Virus record (IMG/VR): IMGVR_UViG_3300027977_000008
Coordinates: 107,944 to 171,943 of that record
Direction: 5' to 3' (one strand)
Source: a virus
DNA length: 64,000 nucleotides
Positions within the stretch are counted from its first letter, which is position 1. Every line of letters starts with the position of its first letter. Positions 37,389 through 47,159 of this stretch are shown in pieces. The position numbers were made by a program, and so were the translations under genes. The notes beneath the pieces were generated by a model that had not been told where the DNA came from, did not search any database, and saw only the letters and a program-made list of their open reading frames with translations.

Positions 37389-39422
37389 ATGGCATCAGTA
37401 AATAAAAAGTTTGCTGTAGAAAATGGTCTGGAAGTAGGACAACAGGCTCTTTTTGTCGATGCGGATACCAATAAAACTGGTGTAGGTAAAACTGATGCCA
37501 ATTACCCATTAGATGTTGCTGGCACGGCAAACTTTGATGGTATTGTTGCTGCTGGACAAATTGGTATTGGTAGCACTCAACCAGTAAGAGGTGCAGATTT
37601 TCGTCAAGATATTCAAATTTATGCTAAATTATATGATAGTAATAATGGAGCAGGAAACAACGGACAAGTCCTAAGATCCGTTGGTACTGCTGTTTCTTGG
37701 ACAGATATTGCAGAAATTCAAGTCAATGCTGAAGGCACAAGTTTCCAAGTTCAGTATAGAAAAACTGATGGTAAGTTTGGTGGTGCTAATCAACTTTATT
37801 ATAATGATACAACAAATAGAGTTGGTATTGGTACATCAGTTCCACAATATCTTTTCCAAGTAAAACGTCCAAGAGATGATAGTGGCAATGGATATGTTCA
37901 GATTGGGGGAACATTCTTAGACGTTGCTGGTTCTGTTGGTGCTGCTGGTTCTGTTTTAGGAACTAATGGATCTGGAGAATTACTTTGGGTTGGCGCAGGA
38001 ACAAGTGAATATAATGTTATTTTTGTTACTCAAGTTGGAAATGATAGTAATGATGGAAGATCTCCAGCAACAGCAAAGAGAACAATCAAATCTGCTTGTG
38101 GTATTGCAACAGCAGGGCAAGTTATTCGTGTAACTGGTGGTGTTTATCCAGAAAATAATCCAATTATTGTTCCAAAGAATATTACAATTGATGGAGATGA
38201 TCTAAGAAACACTCAAATTATTCCAACAAATCTTGGACAAGATTTGTTTTATGTTAATAATGGTAACTTATTACAGAATATGTCATTCGTCGGTGCAGCG
38301 AATACTGGTTCAATAATTGCATTCAATCCAGCATCAAACACTGGCATTATTACACAATCCCCATACATAAGAAACTGCACAAACTTTGTTCCAAATAGTA
38401 TTGGAATGAAGATCAATGGAAACCATGCAGAAGGCACAAAGTCTATGGTGGTTGATAGTTATACACAATACAATCAAGGTGGTATTGGCGTTTCTATCAC
38501 AAATGATGGATATGCTCAGTTGGTTTCTATCTTTACAATATGTACTGATAAAGCAATTACTTGTTATTCTGGTGGTACTTGCGATCTCAACAATTCAAAC
38601 GCATCGTTTGGTAACTTTGGATTGATTGCTTCTGGTGTTGGTACAGTTCATTATACTGGTATTTTAACATCTACTGGTGTGGCAGACGATAATGTTATTG
38701 TTGTATCTGGGTTAGGAACAAGAAGACCATTTACAGGACAAGCACTTTACATTGGAGAACTCTTCAATGAAGTCATTCGTGTTAATGTAACATCTACCGG
38801 TGCTGGATATACTTCAGCAAATCCACCCGTAGTTACAGTTAGTAGTCCTACTGGTCCTAATGGAATTACTGCAGAAGTTGTTGCTAATGTTAGTGGATTT
38901 GGATCAGTTACTTCAATTGATTTGATCTCATCTGGTACGCAATATAGAACTGCTCCTACAATTACGATTGGTGCTCCAATTACAGGCATTGATACAGCAA
39001 CTGCTACTGCAGTGATTGGTCCATCATACTTTACTATAAATAGTGCTACAACGCCTACAGCAGGCGTATCTACGATTACTCTTGATCAAAATCTACCATC
39101 AAATATTGGTGTTGGATCTACAGTTCCATTTGCAAAACAATCATTAATTCTTGCTTCGTCATATACATTTGAATATATTGGTTCTGGTACAACAATTACA
39201 ACTGCATTTCCTGTAAATGGTGGTGTATCAATTCCAGAAAATATGGTTGTATCTGAATTTGGTGGTAAAGTTGTTTATACATCAACTGATGAAAAGGGAA
39301 ATTTTAGGATTGGTGATGGATTTACAATCAACCAACAAACTGGAACTATCACTGGGGATGCCTTTAACAAGAGTATTCAAGCAACTCTAACTCCGCTTAT
39401 AATTGCACTAGGAGCACAATAA
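37389..39422 (+). CDS. Tail fibre-like structural protein
   Basis: VGIGT repeats; GNDSNDG...AKRTIKSA; QSPYIRNCT; shares FEY.G and V.YT...G.F.IG motifs with the 32029 protein. Confidence 0.8.
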   Translation: MASVNKKFAVENGLEVGQQALFVDADTNKTGVGKTDANYPLDVAGTANFDGIVAAGQIGIGSTQPVRGADFRQDIQIYAKLYDSNNGAGNNGQVLRSVGTAVSWTDIAEIQVNAEGTSFQVQYRKTDGKFGGANQLYYNDTTNRVGIGTSVPQYLFQVKRPRDDSGNGYVQIGGTFLDVAGSVGAAGSVLGTNGSGELLWVGAGTSEYNVIFVTQVGNDSNDGRSPATAKRTIKSACGIATAGQVIRVTGGVYPENNPIIVPKNITIDGDDLRNTQIIPTNLGQDLFYVNNGNLLQNMSFVGAANTGSIIAFNPASNTGIITQSPYIRNCTNFVPNSIGMKINGNHAEGTKSMVVDSYTQYNQGGIGVSITNDGYAQLVSIFTICTDKAITCYSGGTCDLNNSNASFGNFGLIASGVGTVHYTGILTSTGVADDNVIVVSGLGTRRPFTGQALYIGELFNEVIRVNVTSTGAGYTSANPPVVTVSSPTGPNGITAEVVANVSGFGSVTSIDLISSGTQYRTAPTITIGAPITGIDTATATAVIGPSYFTINSATTPTAGVSTITLDQNLPSNIGVGSTVPFAKQSLILASSYTFEYIGSGTTITTAFPVNGGVSIPENMVVSEFGGKVVYTSTDEKGNFRIGDGFTINQQTGTITGDAFNKSIQATLTPLIIALGAQ

Positions 39423-39425
39423 ACC

Positions 39426-39764
39426 ATGGCTGCCATTCCATTAAATAAGTTTAAAACAATTACGCATACACTTACAACAGGTGCTGTTGGAATTTATACC
39501 TGCCCACCAGGTGTTGCCGCACTTTTGATTTATGGTAATGTCGCTAACGTTGGTTCAGGAACATCAGTAACATCTTTCACTGCATATCATAGTAGAAGTG
39601 GTACTGATACTGAAATTATTAATCTTGGTAGAATTCCTTCCCAAGATTCTATGTCATTTATTGAAGGTAGATTGGTTTTAGAAGTTGGAGATATTGTAAA
39701 GATTAAGGGCGATTTTTCTAATACTATGAAATGCATTATTAGTATACTGGAGAACGCTAAGTAA
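39426..39764 (+). CDS. Small structural protein
   Basis: IYTCP...RLVLEVGD...SILE; in the fibre operon. Confidence 0.7.
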   Translation: MAAIPLNKFKTITHTLTTGAVGIYTCPPGVAALLIYGNVANVGSGTSVTSFTAYHSRSGTDTEIINLGRIPSQDSMSFIEGRLVLEVGDIVKIKGDFSNTMKCIISILENAK

Positions 39765-40342
39765 TGGGAAGACTTCTTTCTGGTAGAGTAGGATTAACAA
39801 GTGCTTCCGGTTTAACAACAGATAGATATTCTTTTATTGGATTAGAACAGGTAGAACCTAATTTAGGAAATCCTGGAAATAATAATTATGTTCTTTATAG
39901 TGATACCAACGGAAGTAGATACTGGAACCCAATTACTCCAGCTGGTACAGTTGATGGTATTACAGTAGAAGAAGAAGGTGTAACACCAGTAGGATTTGCT
40001 GGTTCAATCACCATTATGAATTTTGTTGGTACTGGTGTTACTGTAACACAAGCAACAAGGGTTTTATCTGGATTGAACATTGGTGTTGCTACAGTAACAG
40101 TTACATTACCAGAACAAGGAATTGGTATTGGATCATATATTGATGGTGCTTCTGGTATTATAGAATATCTAAACACGGATATAGGTATTTCTAATGTAAT
40201 TGTATTAGATTCAGCAAACATGCCAAATGCAGAGCGTGCATGGACAACATATGAAAATTTAATTATAAATGAGGGTGGAGATCTAACCGTTGGTGATGGT
40301 AGAATTTTCACAATAGATATTTTAAATCTTGCTAGTATGTAA
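39764..40342 (+). CDS. Structural protein
   Basis: LSGRV...EPNLG; coupled to the upstream gene (TAATG). Confidence 0.7.
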   Translation: MGRLLSGRVGLTSASGLTTDRYSFIGLEQVEPNLGNPGNNNYVLYSDTNGSRYWNPITPAGTVDGITVEEEGVTPVGFAGSITIMNFVGTGVTVTQATRVLSGLNIGVATVTVTLPEQGIGIGSYIDGASGIIEYLNTDIGISNVIVLDSANMPNAERAWTTYENLIINEGGDLTVGDGRIFTIDILNLASM

Positions 40343-40385
40343 TCATAAATAAAACAAGCAAAGTAGAAAACTTCAGGGACTTATA

Positions 40386-41753
40386 ATGTCAAAACTTCGC
40401 GTAAATACGGTTGTAAATAGAACAAATAGTGATAAGGTTATTTTTCCGTTTGGTATTGGTGTTACGAATGGAATTATTGTCTCTGGTATTGTAACGGCAA
40501 CCGGATTTGTTGGTAGTGGTGTTTCACTGACTGATGTTCTTGGACAAGTAACAATCCAGAGACCAAGCGGAGAAACTGCTTTTACTGGTATTACCACTAT
40601 TAGAGTTGGAACTGGAATGACAATCACCCAGCCTAGTGCTGGTATTGCATCAATTAGACCAACTGGTAATTTAGAAAGTTTAAGAGTAACTGGAATTGCA
40701 ACTTTTGGTACGACTGGTCTTACAACAGTTTCTGATGCAGGACAAATAAGATCTCAAGCAGTTGGAACTCTTATTCGTCAAAGTGTTATTAACCTTTCAG
40801 ATTTAACTATTCAACTTTCTACAGACTATCCTGGTGCGATTGTTAGATCAATAGAAGATGGACAAGTATATTCTTCATCAACTACTTCTGGTTGGCAACA
40901 AATAGCAAAGGCATTTCATGTGGGTATTATCACTGCTATTGGTGGATTTGTTGCTACTGGTAGCTCTGTAGGATTTACTGGTCCTCTTAACTCTACTGGA
41001 GTTTCTACAGCAGCGTTCCTACAAGCAACAACAATAAATGTTAGTGCTGCAGCAACTGTTGGAACTGCACTAACAGTAACTCAAGATCTAAAGGTAGGGA
41101 GACATGTTCTAGTTTCTGGTGTTACTACAGCCACTGATTTGACTGTCAATAACATTACAGTCAATGGTGGCATCACAGGAAAAATCAATTCATCTGGCGT
41201 TTCTACAATTACGCAACTTGTAGCAACTACAGTAAATGCTTCTGGTATTGTCACTGCATCAACATTCAGTGGTCCACTTACAGGACAAGTAACTGGTAAT
41301 GTTACTGGAGAAATAAATTCTACTGGCATTTCTACATTAGGAAGAATTTCCGTTACTTCGATTAACCAATCCAGCGGTATCTCTACAATTTCCCAATTGA
41401 AGGGTGATACAATTAACATCACAGGTGTTGCAACTGCTACCACTTTCAGTGGATCCTTTAGTGGAGGATTGTCTGGTAATGCAACTGGACTATCAGGAAA
41501 TCCAGATATTACTGTTGGATTTATAACTTCTAAAACTATTTTACCAGTTACTAATAATACTTTTGATTTAGGATCTTCTTCTGTTCGCTGGGCAAATATC
41601 TATTCTGCTGATATGCACTTTAGTAACAAAGGTGGTGCAAACAGCGTAGATGGAACTTGGGGAGATTGGACATTACAAGAAGGTGAAAATGATATCTTTA
41701 TGCTGAATAACATCACTGGTAAGCGTTATAAGATTAATCTAACTGAAGTATAA
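40386..41753 (+). CDS. Tail fibre protein
   Basis: G(I/V)ST and GIVTA..F.G repeats; C-terminal RWANIYS.D...VDGTWG.WTLQEGE domain. Confidence 0.8.
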   Translation: MSKLRVNTVVNRTNSDKVIFPFGIGVTNGIIVSGIVTATGFVGSGVSLTDVLGQVTIQRPSGETAFTGITTIRVGTGMTITQPSAGIASIRPTGNLESLRVTGIATFGTTGLTTVSDAGQIRSQAVGTLIRQSVINLSDLTIQLSTDYPGAIVRSIEDGQVYSSSTTSGWQQIAKAFHVGIITAIGGFVATGSSVGFTGPLNSTGVSTAAFLQATTINVSAAATVGTALTVTQDLKVGRHVLVSGVTTATDLTVNNITVNGGITGKINSSGVSTITQLVATTVNASGIVTASTFSGPLTGQVTGNVTGEINSTGISTLGRISVTSINQSSGISTISQLKGDTINITGVATATTFSGSFSGGLSGNATGLSGNPDITVGFITSKTILPVTNNTFDLGSSSVRWANIYSADMHFSNKGGANSVDGTWGDWTLQEGENDIFMLNNITGKRYKINLTEV

Positions 41754-41789
41754 TCTAAATACTCTTGTAGTATAAAATCATAACCAATT

Positions 41790-42278
41790 ATGTCTAGAGC
41801 CAGAGAACTGGCGAAATTTGGTGGATCTGGTCAACAAGTAATTGCAGGTGTATCCTCGCATGTTGGCGTATCTACTTTCGCCGCAAAAGTTTTCATGTAT
41901 CAAGATCTTTCCGTTAGCGGAAACATTAACGTTACTGGAGATTTATCTTATGATGAAGTTTCCGCAAGAAACCAGTTTACATCTGGTATCACAACAACGG
42001 CAGATCTTATTGTAACAAGAAATGCTAATTTTTCAGGTATTATCACGGCTTCAAACACTGTTGCACCAAACGCAAACAACACAGTTTCTTTAGGTACATC
42101 AGAAAACCGTTGGTCAAACGTATTTTCAAACGACTTAGACCTGTCAAACGAAGGAAGTACTAATGATATTGATGGTACTTGGGGATCTTTCTTAGTGCAA
42201 GAAGGTGAGGAAAGTCTATATATTATTAATAGAAGAAGCGGCAAGAAATTCCGTTTTGTTCTTGAAGAGTTGGTTTGA
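41790..42278 (+). CDS. Short fibre-like protein sharing the C-terminal domain of 40386-41753
   Basis: MSRARELA; RWSNVFSND...IDGTWGSFLVQEGE. Confidence 0.75.
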   Translation: MSRARELAKFGGSGQQVIAGVSSHVGVSTFAAKVFMYQDLSVSGNINVTGDLSYDEVSARNQFTSGITTTADLIVTRNANFSGIITASNTVAPNANNTVSLGTSENRWSNVFSNDLDLSNEGSTNDIDGTWGSFLVQEGEESLYIINRRSGKKFRFVLEELV

Positions 42279-42312
42279 TATTTCTATAAATACACAAGAA
42301 GGAGAGTAAACA

Positions 42313-42879
42313 ATGGCTTTATTTGGAGACGGAGTAAACGTAACAAAAACCACTAGTGCAACAGCTGCAACTTATGGCGATGCTACAAACGTTGCTCAAG
42401 TAACAATTGACGCTAACCAAAGACTTAGTGGTATTACCAACGTTGCAATCACTGCTGCAGTAAATGCTAACGCAGCTACGGGTGATATTGGAACCTATGC
42501 TTTCATGCAACAAGCAACTGGTGACACAATTTATAACCCAGGTAATACGCTTGCTGGTTCATCACTTCGCTATTCTGATGCTACTGGTCGTATGTATACG
42601 GTTAGTAACCCATCAGGAAACTGGAGATGTATGGGATATGATTCTGGTGCAGCACTAGTTAACACTGGTACTGGTACTGGATCTGGTACTGGATCTGGTA
42701 CAATTGCGGGTACTGTATCTGTTTCTGGTACTGTTACCGTTCCTGGTAAACCTGCAACAGCGTATACAGGTACTGGTACTGCAACAGGTACTGCAACAAT
42801 CACCACAGTTACAGTAAACAGTGTTACTGTAAACACCACAGTTGCATATTCGTCAACCCTTTGGTTACGATATTCTTAA
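42313..42879 (+). CDS. Tail fibre tip protein
   Basis: Late promoter TATAAATA at 42285; GDIGTYAF...G.WRCMG...LWLRYS fibre C-terminal motif. Confidence 0.7.
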   Translation: MALFGDGVNVTKTTSATAATYGDATNVAQVTIDANQRLSGITNVAITAAVNANAATGDIGTYAFMQQATGDTIYNPGNTLAGSSLRYSDATGRMYTVSNPSGNWRCMGYDSGAALVNTGTGTGSGTGSGTIAGTVSVSGTVTVPGKPATAYTGTGTATGTATITTVTVNSVTVNTTVAYSSTLWLRYS

Positions 42880-42904
42880 TATATACTAAGGAGAAATAAA
42901 AAAA

Positions 42905-43306
42905 ATGTCACAGTATTACACAATTAGAGATGCTCGTAACCCAAGATGGGCTAATCCTGAGCATAACACAATCGACTTAGAAGTTGATTTTACCGATCTT
43001 CCTGAAGAGTACCTACCTTATACTGCTGCACCAACGGATGTTGTTGAGCATTCAAGAGAACTTTATAACAGAGCTCTTGCTGGTGAATTTGGTACTATTG
43101 CAGAATATGATGGTCCTCTAAAATGGACACCAGTTAATAAAACTACCATTCAGGTTTCTACTGAAGGTTTAGTTCAACTTCTACTTGAAAAGGGTATCCT
43201 TACCGATGAAGAAGTTGATACAATTCTTATTGAAGAAACAGTAACAGTTGGTTTTGCAAGAACCACATTTAACGGTTCAAATCCTGTTTATACTGGCGTT
43301 TACTAA
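42905..43306 (+). CDS. Tail fibre assembly chaperone-like protein
   Basis: RNPRWAN....IDLEVDF....LPYTA...D...HSRELY..A.AGEFG.I.EY. Confidence 0.75.
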   Translation: MSQYYTIRDARNPRWANPEHNTIDLEVDFTDLPEEYLPYTAAPTDVVEHSRELYNRALAGEFGTIAEYDGPLKWTPVNKTTIQVSTEGLVQLLLEKGILTDEEVDTILIEETVTVGFARTTFNGSNPVYTGVY

Positions 43307-43311
43307 TATAA

Positions 43312-44298
43312 GTGTTCGCTGATCAATCTGATAAGTGGCACCATTCAATCTGCAGGTATTTGGGGTTATCCTCAGATACCTCTTTTTTATTTGGTGTAAT
43401 TCCTGGTGTTTGTCGTGAAGTTCTCGGCAGACGTGATTTTATGTATACACAACCAGAATGTTTTAATGCTACTAAAGTATATTGTTTTACTGAACCACAC
43501 AACAATAAAATAAACAACAGTAAAGTTGTTCGTTCATACTATGGTGTTTGTCCATTTTTATGGGATCTTGGTGTAACTGCAATTAAAAAAGAATACGATC
43601 CTAAAGGTTCGTTATTTTTTTTACCAAGAGATGATGTAGGAACAATTCGTAAAGACGAATGGCAATCGGTGCAAGATGTTATTGATAATGCACCAAAACC
43701 AATTACATTCTTATTACCTTGGAGGCAGTGTGATATATGGAAACATTGGAATAAGTTATCTTTACCGGAAGATTGTAACTTTGTGCAAATGTCCGATAAA
43801 GAAACAAGACAATTTGTTTTGTCCGAGTTATTTTTAACCCACAAAAACATTTATATTCCTTGGCCAGGTACAGATGTTTATTTTGCAGAATTTTTAGAAA
43901 AAAATATTATTATCTACGATGACATCAAAAAATATAGGACTAAGACTGTTGATGAAGGTGGCAAACAAATTCAATCAAAAGTTCTTAGATTTTTAAAGTG
44001 GGGGTATGATTATCTAAATGATACACAAAAACAATTTTTTCACTGGACAGAAAAGTGGAATGATTTATCTTTAGGCGATAGAAGATTTCTTACAACAAAA
44101 ATGTTAGGACTTGATGTATTGAAATCGCCTAAAGAGTTATTTGATGATATGAAATTAAACGGATTTCTTCAAGAAGAATTAGAATTTGTGTGTGATGAAA
44201 ACTATCAAAAGTCTTATGAGTGGTTGAAAACTAAATCTGAAAAATTTGTCAATTCTAATTGTAGTAGTGAGTGTGCTACCATATTGGGTAAACTTTAG
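43312..44298 (+). CDS. Hypothetical protein, possibly a glycosyltransferase
   Basis: 328-aa ORF with GTG start; converges on the sugar-nucleotide genes; function from context only. Confidence 0.5.
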   Translation: MFADQSDKWHHSICRYLGLSSDTSFLFGVIPGVCREVLGRRDFMYTQPECFNATKVYCFTEPHNNKINNSKVVRSYYGVCPFLWDLGVTAIKKEYDPKGSLFFLPRDDVGTIRKDEWQSVQDVIDNAPKPITFLLPWRQCDIWKHWNKLSLPEDCNFVQMSDKETRQFVLSELFLTHKNIYIPWPGTDVYFAEFLEKNIIIYDDIKKYRTKTVDEGGKQIQSKVLRFLKWGYDYLNDTQKQFFHWTEKWNDLSLGDRRFLTTKMLGLDVLKSPKELFDDMKLNGFLQEELEFVCDENYQKSYEWLKTKSEKFVNSNCSSECATILGKL

Positions 44299-44648
44299 AA
44301 TTGCCGAAAAAAATCGTTGTCTTCCCAACCTTTATCATCAACGTAATGTGCTGCACGAGGTTTACCAAAAAACAACTGATGATATAAAACACCCCATTCT
44401 TTTAGTTGTTTTTCCGTAAATTCTCGCATTAATTTATCTGCTTCTGCTTGATTGTTGTTAGATCCAAGCATACCACGAGCAGTCATCAGGTAAATCTGAG
44501 CACCTTTTTGATATAGACGATTAACAACACTAATTCGTGAAAGAATTGGTTGAGCATCTTTAAGGTTACAGTTTTCTTCTGTGCAAAGAGTACCATCAAT
44601 ATCAAAGCAGTAGATCTCTGCCTTATCATCAATATCAGAAACAATCAT
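44295..44648 (-). CDS. HAD-superfamily phosphatase (capsule biosynthesis phosphatase-like)
   Basis: FDIDGTLC; TARG; GKP; YVDDK. Confidence 0.88.
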   Translation of the reverse strand: MIVSDIDDKAEIYCFDIDGTLCTEENCNLKDAQPILSRISVVNRLYQKGAQIYLMTARGMLGSNNNQAEADKLMREFTEKQLKEWGVLYHQLFFGKPRAAHYVDDKGWEDNDFFRQF

Positions 44649-45106
44649 GGCAATTTAGGAAGTGTAATCCCATTATACGACATAAGCATATACATTGTCC
44701 AGAGTGCATTGACTTCAAATTCGTGATATGTTTCTACATCAAGAACAATTGTCTCAATGGTCTTATGTTTTTGTGGTGCAATCAATACAACAGGCATACC
44801 ATACTCAACATCTTCTAGAGCAGTCACCAATGAAGATTGCATCCTGCAACTAATACCAATAATTAGATCTGCTGTATGACAAGCATAATCTACCCATTTT
44901 TCATGCCATCCACCATCAACATCAAATGCAGTGATTGAAATACTATCAGGAGCAAAACAGAATTTATCTGTATGGCGATAAATATCAGATGCCATATGTT
45001 GAGCAACTGCTAAGTTGCCGCCATTACCAATTAGAGCAATTTTAGATGCTTTACCAAACATCTTTGCTGCTTGTTCAATATTGCCGTTTTGAAAGTTCAT
45101 GTTCAA
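44645..45106 (-). CDS. SIS-domain phosphosugar isomerase (GmhA-like)
   Basis: IGNGGNLAVAQHMASD; LIIGIS; Y..FE. Confidence 0.75.
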   Translation of the reverse strand: MNMNFQNGNIEQAAKMFGKASKIALIGNGGNLAVAQHMASDIYRHTDKFCFAPDSISITAFDVDGGWHEKWVDYACHTADLIIGISCRMQSSLVTALEDVEYGMPVVLIAPQKHKTIETIVLDVETYHEFEVNALWTMYMLMSYNGITLPKLP

Positions 45107-45809
45107 TTTCTTGGATGTGAGATTGTCTATCTACTGCTCTTATTTTACCACATTTTAGATCATATGGCAATACTTCATATTTTCCACAAAAACCAATCGT
45201 ATCTAATCCTTTCCAATATTCAACAAATCCCATATCAAGATTAGGAAAATCACAGATTACATCTCGTTTATAAAAATATAATCCCAATTGCACCGTGATA
45301 TTTTTGCACATTACATCTGGTGTTCTTTGCATATGAACAACTCTACCATTATTTTCAATCATCTTAACAACATCTTCGTCTTCAAGATCATCAGGTTCTA
45401 GTTGTCTTGATGCTTGAACCATATCATAATCGTTATCAACACCAAACTCAATAATGTTATCGATCCATGCAGGATTTGTTAACGGTTCGTCTCCTTGCAA
45501 ATTAAAAACATAATCACTTTCTAGAGTTTGAGATACCTCTGACACGCGATGAGTGCAGGTATAGTGTTGATCTGTAAGTTGTGATTGATATCCATTGATT
45601 TCACATAAGCGTTTGATGATTTCGTCTTCTGTAGCTACAATGATTTGATCAAAATACTTAGATTGTTTTGCAATATCTGCAACACGTACTACCATTTCAC
45701 GTCCTAGTATCCTAGCAAGTGGTTTGCCATGAAATCGACTAGATTTCATTCTTGCTGGGATGACACAAGTTATTTTTTTATTGTTATACATACTAAAATA
45801 GTTTTTCAT
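45075..45809 (-). CDS. kdsB: CMP-Kdo synthetase-like cytidylyltransferase
   Basis: IPARMKSSRFHGKPL; VATED; NLQGDEP; GLY.Y; AVD. Confidence 0.82.
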   Translation of the reverse strand: MKNYFSMYNNKKITCVIPARMKSSRFHGKPLARILGREMVVRVADIAKQSKYFDQIIVATEDEIIKRLCEINGYQSQLTDQHYTCTHRVSEVSQTLESDYVFNLQGDEPLTNPAWIDNIIEFGVDNDYDMVQASRQLEPDDLEDEDVVKMIENNGRVVHMQRTPDVMCKNITVQLGLYFYKRDVICDFPNLDMGFVEYWKGLDTIGFCGKYEVLPYDLKCGKIRAVDRQSHIQEIEHELSKRQY

Positions 45810-45826
45810 ATTTATTATACCATATT

Positions 45827-46315
45827 ATGACAATTCTATCCAAGTTGGGACAAACAAATACTATCTGGCACATGGCATTTACATGTCCAGATATTGATGC
45901 TGCAATAGAATATTGTTGTGATGTCCTTGGATGTAAATTTTGTAGAAAGTTTGCCATTACTGTCGAAGACGGTTCTCATAACTTAGGATTTATTTTTTCA
46001 TTTGCTGGACATCATATTGTTGTTACACAAGGGGAAACATCTATACCACAACCAGATAATAGAATGCCTAGACATTCTGGACCTATCTTTTTAGATAAGA
46101 ATGAATATTTTGAAGTTGTTAATTATGTTAAGTCACATCCAAAGATTAATGTAATTGAAAGTAAATATACTACATTTATATCAAAAAAACTTTCATCAGA
46201 AGAAAAAAATTTACATGGACAAAACGTAAGGTGTCATAAGACTACTATAAAGGATCCATGGGATAACTGGATTGAAATGAAGTATTATTCATATGCGGAT
46301 CAAATTTATACTTGA
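45827..46315 (+). CDS. VOC/glyoxalase-fold protein
   Basis: WHMAF...D...A..Y..VLG; H.G; KDPWDNWIEMK. Confidence 0.75.
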   Translation: MTILSKLGQTNTIWHMAFTCPDIDAAIEYCCDVLGCKFCRKFAITVEDGSHNLGFIFSFAGHHIVVTQGETSIPQPDNRMPRHSGPIFLDKNEYFEVVNYVKSHPKINVIESKYTTFISKKLSSEEKNLHGQNVRCHKTTIKDPWDNWIEMKYYSYADQIYT

Positions 46316-46363
46316 CAAATCCCGCAATTACGACTAGGATAGCTCTGATACCGATGACAAATC

Positions 46364-46540
46364 ATGTTCCAGTTGGGTCAAGAAGTTCAGTATAATGGGC
46401 ATAAAGGCATAGTAGATTTCTATGACAAACATTATATTGGAATATGTATTAGTGGATGTACAGATCGGTTGCGTTCTGTTCGTTTGATTGTATATCCTTG
46501 TGATTGGGATAAAGTTAGTATAAATACCGATAGAACATAA
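46364..46540 (+). CDS. Small hypothetical protein (58 aa)
   Basis: MFQLGQEVQYNGHKGIVDF...; follows TTGACA-17 nt-TAGGAT (46312-46340). Confidence 0.55.
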   Translation: MFQLGQEVQYNGHKGIVDFYDKHYIGICISGCTDRLRSVRLIVYPCDWDKVSINTDRT

Positions 46541-46552
46541 TTTCTATTGGTA

Positions 46553-47083
46553 ATGAACCCCCAAGAATTATACGAAGCATATATGACAGTCTACGAAAGT
46601 GATGATCGTAGAGAAATGAGAAAACTTGCTTCACAAGAAAGACAAGCAGAAAAGAAATCTGAAAATGAATTTAGAAATAATGGTGGTATTGGTGCTAAGA
46701 AATCTGGACCAAAAATGAGCACCACAAAATTGTCTAAGAAGGAGGGTGAAGAATATTCTAAGCAGACAATGAATACTGCCGAGTATATTGCAAAAAATGC
46801 AAAAAAACATACTGTAGGTAATCTTTTTCCTGAGCAAGTAGATTATTTTGATAAGGTTCTATCAGAAATTACTGCTGCTGGTTATACTGTATACCAAGCA
46901 TTATCGTATATGGTTTATGAAGCACAGCACGCTAGAAACAATCCAGAGAAGTATGAGCGTGAACAAGAGAAAAGTCAATCTTCCCGTGACCGTAAAATGA
47001 ATGATCCTAAGACTGGTATCAAGTCTAAAGCGTTCAATGATTTCTATAATGCTCAGATGGCATCTAAAAAGAAAAAGCCCTGA
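46553..47083 (+). CDS. Late modular protein, paralog C
   Basis: TATAAATA at 46519; leader MNPQELYEAYMTVYE; degenerate linker VDYFDKVLSEITAAGY. Confidence 0.7.
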   Translation: MNPQELYEAYMTVYESDDRREMRKLASQERQAEKKSENEFRNNGGIGAKKSGPKMSTTKLSKKEGEEYSKQTMNTAEYIAKNAKKHTVGNLFPEQVDYFDKVLSEITAAGYTVYQALSYMVYEAQHARNNPEKYEREQEKSQSSRDRKMNDPKTGIKSKAFNDFYNAQMASKKKKP

Positions 47084-47138
47084 ACCAGTTTTTAAACTGT
47101 CCACTAAACCGCCCTTTCAGGCGGTTTTTTGCTATGAT
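47083..47138 (+). promoter_or_regulatory. Palindrome-type promoter copy 2, with embedded terminator
   Basis: CCAGTT-TTTA-AACTGTCCAC; AAACCGCC-CTTTCA-GGCGGTTT-TTT; TATGAT at 47133. Confidence 0.75.
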
Positions 47139-47159
47139 ACTGTCAAATCAAGAAAAACA

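Noticed and set aside
40386-42278. Diversity-generating retroelement based on the shared fibre C-termini
   Set aside because: No reverse transcriptase in the window, and the two copies differ at all base types rather than only at adenines.
47001-47159. N-terminal extensions in the ORF track (47001, 15134, 15699, 53434, 59497, 60956, 61830)
   Set aside because: They run through promoters or upstream genes; downstream ATGs with RBS or stop-start overlap fit better.
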